15,751 nt of DNA from Oligoflexia bacterium (GTDB lineage Bacteria; Bdellovibrionota; Bdellovibrionia; JABDDW01). The stretch covers positions 1 through 15,751 of the forward strand of contig JAYTHU010000061.1 in assembly GCA_043732305.1 (NCBI GenBank), given 5' to 3'. Below the pieces are notes generated by a model. That model was not told where the DNA came from, did not search any database, and saw only the letters and a program-made list of their open reading frames with translations. How positions within the stretch are numbered: the stretch's first letter is position 1; the number at the start of each line of letters is the position of its first letter. This document shows positions 15,043-15,751 of the stretch, in pieces. The position numbers and the translations under genes were made by a program.

Positions 15043-15071
15043 TTGTTTCTAGACAAAAGATTTGGTAGGAT
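15043..15071 (+). promoter_or_regulatory. Possible sigma70 promoter with extended -10
   Basis: TTGTTT-17 bp-TAGGAT with TGn immediately before the -10. RBS AAGGAGG at 15091-15097. Confidence 0.5.
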
Positions 15072-15107
15072 AACCAGGACTCTCACCTTCAAGGAGGAAG
15101 GAAAAGT

Positions 15108-15751
15108 ATGACTAAAGCACTCCCTCGCATGCCAGAACCACCGAACTATCTTCTCACCCAAGAATTAGAGCAGCTGACTCATAAACTTGCGGAAAATCCA
15201 GCATCGGCCTACAGCAGCTACTCGACTGAAGAATATTCTCCAGCATCAATTCAGACGAGTGCTCTGCGCACGGTAGACATGGTTCTTTATCAAGCTGCAC
15301 TTGAAGAAAGAAAAATGGCGGAAATTAGATCCGCAGAAATCTACTCAAAGTATTTAGAGATCGTTGGCTACAGCGAAAAGCTAATCAATAAAGTAAATGC
15401 CATGGAAAGATTTAAATCACGCGTTCGCCCCGTTTATGACCGCGCTATGGCAGGTGACGATATCATTCTGGAAAATCTAAACTTGGCGAGAGAAGATCTA
15501 GACAATGCTCGCGATCTTATAAATAGTTTTAATTTAAAGAACCAAACTTTAGAATCCGCGATGGACACCCATCAACAAGCTTTTCTCCAGGTGTCCAAGC
15601 AAATGGCTCAAGCCGAATCCGCTATGCAATACGCCAATGAACAATTCCAACTTCTTTCTGCAGACTATGAACGTCGCGGAGAGAAAATCACGGATTTAGA
15701 AAAAATTCTCGCAATGCTTGAGCTAAAAGGTGTGGGCACGGAATCAAGAGT
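15108..15751 (+). CDS. Hypothetical coiled-coil protein, 3'-truncated by window edge (not in ORF track)
   Basis: AAGGAGG RBS, ATG 15108, 214 open codons to the window end: MTKALPRMPEPPNYLLTQELEQL...ENLNLAREDLDNARDLINSFNLKNQTLESAM...KITDLEKILAML. Heptad-like pattern; no signal peptide. Confidence 0.8.
   Translation, partial: MTKALPRMPEPPNYLLTQELEQLTHKLAENPASAYSSYSTEEYSPASIQTSALRTVDMVLYQAALEERKMAEIRSAEIYSKYLEIVGYSEKLINKVNAMERFKSRVRPVYDRAMAGDDIILENLNLAREDLDNARDLINSFNLKNQTLESAMDTHQQAFLQVSKQMAQAESAMQYANEQFQLLSADYERRGEKITDLEKILAMLELKGVGTESR

Overview
A gene-dense, AT-rich bacterial chromosomal segment with no CRISPR, tRNA/rRNA, transposase or phage genes. The gene mix (GYF_2 membrane protein, signal-less ChaN-like protein, VKOR-DsbA fusion, orphan FecR/TPR exported proteins) suggests Bdellovibrionota/Oligoflexia; this is an inference. 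Gene order: 3' part of an OppA-type binding protein (+); FecR-like protein and CpoB/YbgF-like TPR protein (-, behind a sigma28-like promoter); ~1055-aa lipoprotein and outer-membrane beta-barrel (-, behind a near-consensus sigma54 promoter); argS (-); HU (+, sigma70 promoter, structured 3' region, terminator); double-GYF_2 membrane protein and ChaN-like protein (-); VKOR-DsbA fusion (+); small membrane-anchored protein (-); truncated coiled-coil protein (+). The best leads are a shared R-x-[IV]-A-S pentapeptide in the exported parts of three unrelated proteins, the sigma54-driven barrel + giant lipoprotein module, sigma28-like units whose 3' ends overlap convergent genes, and a structured, repeat-containing 330-bp intergenic region after hup.
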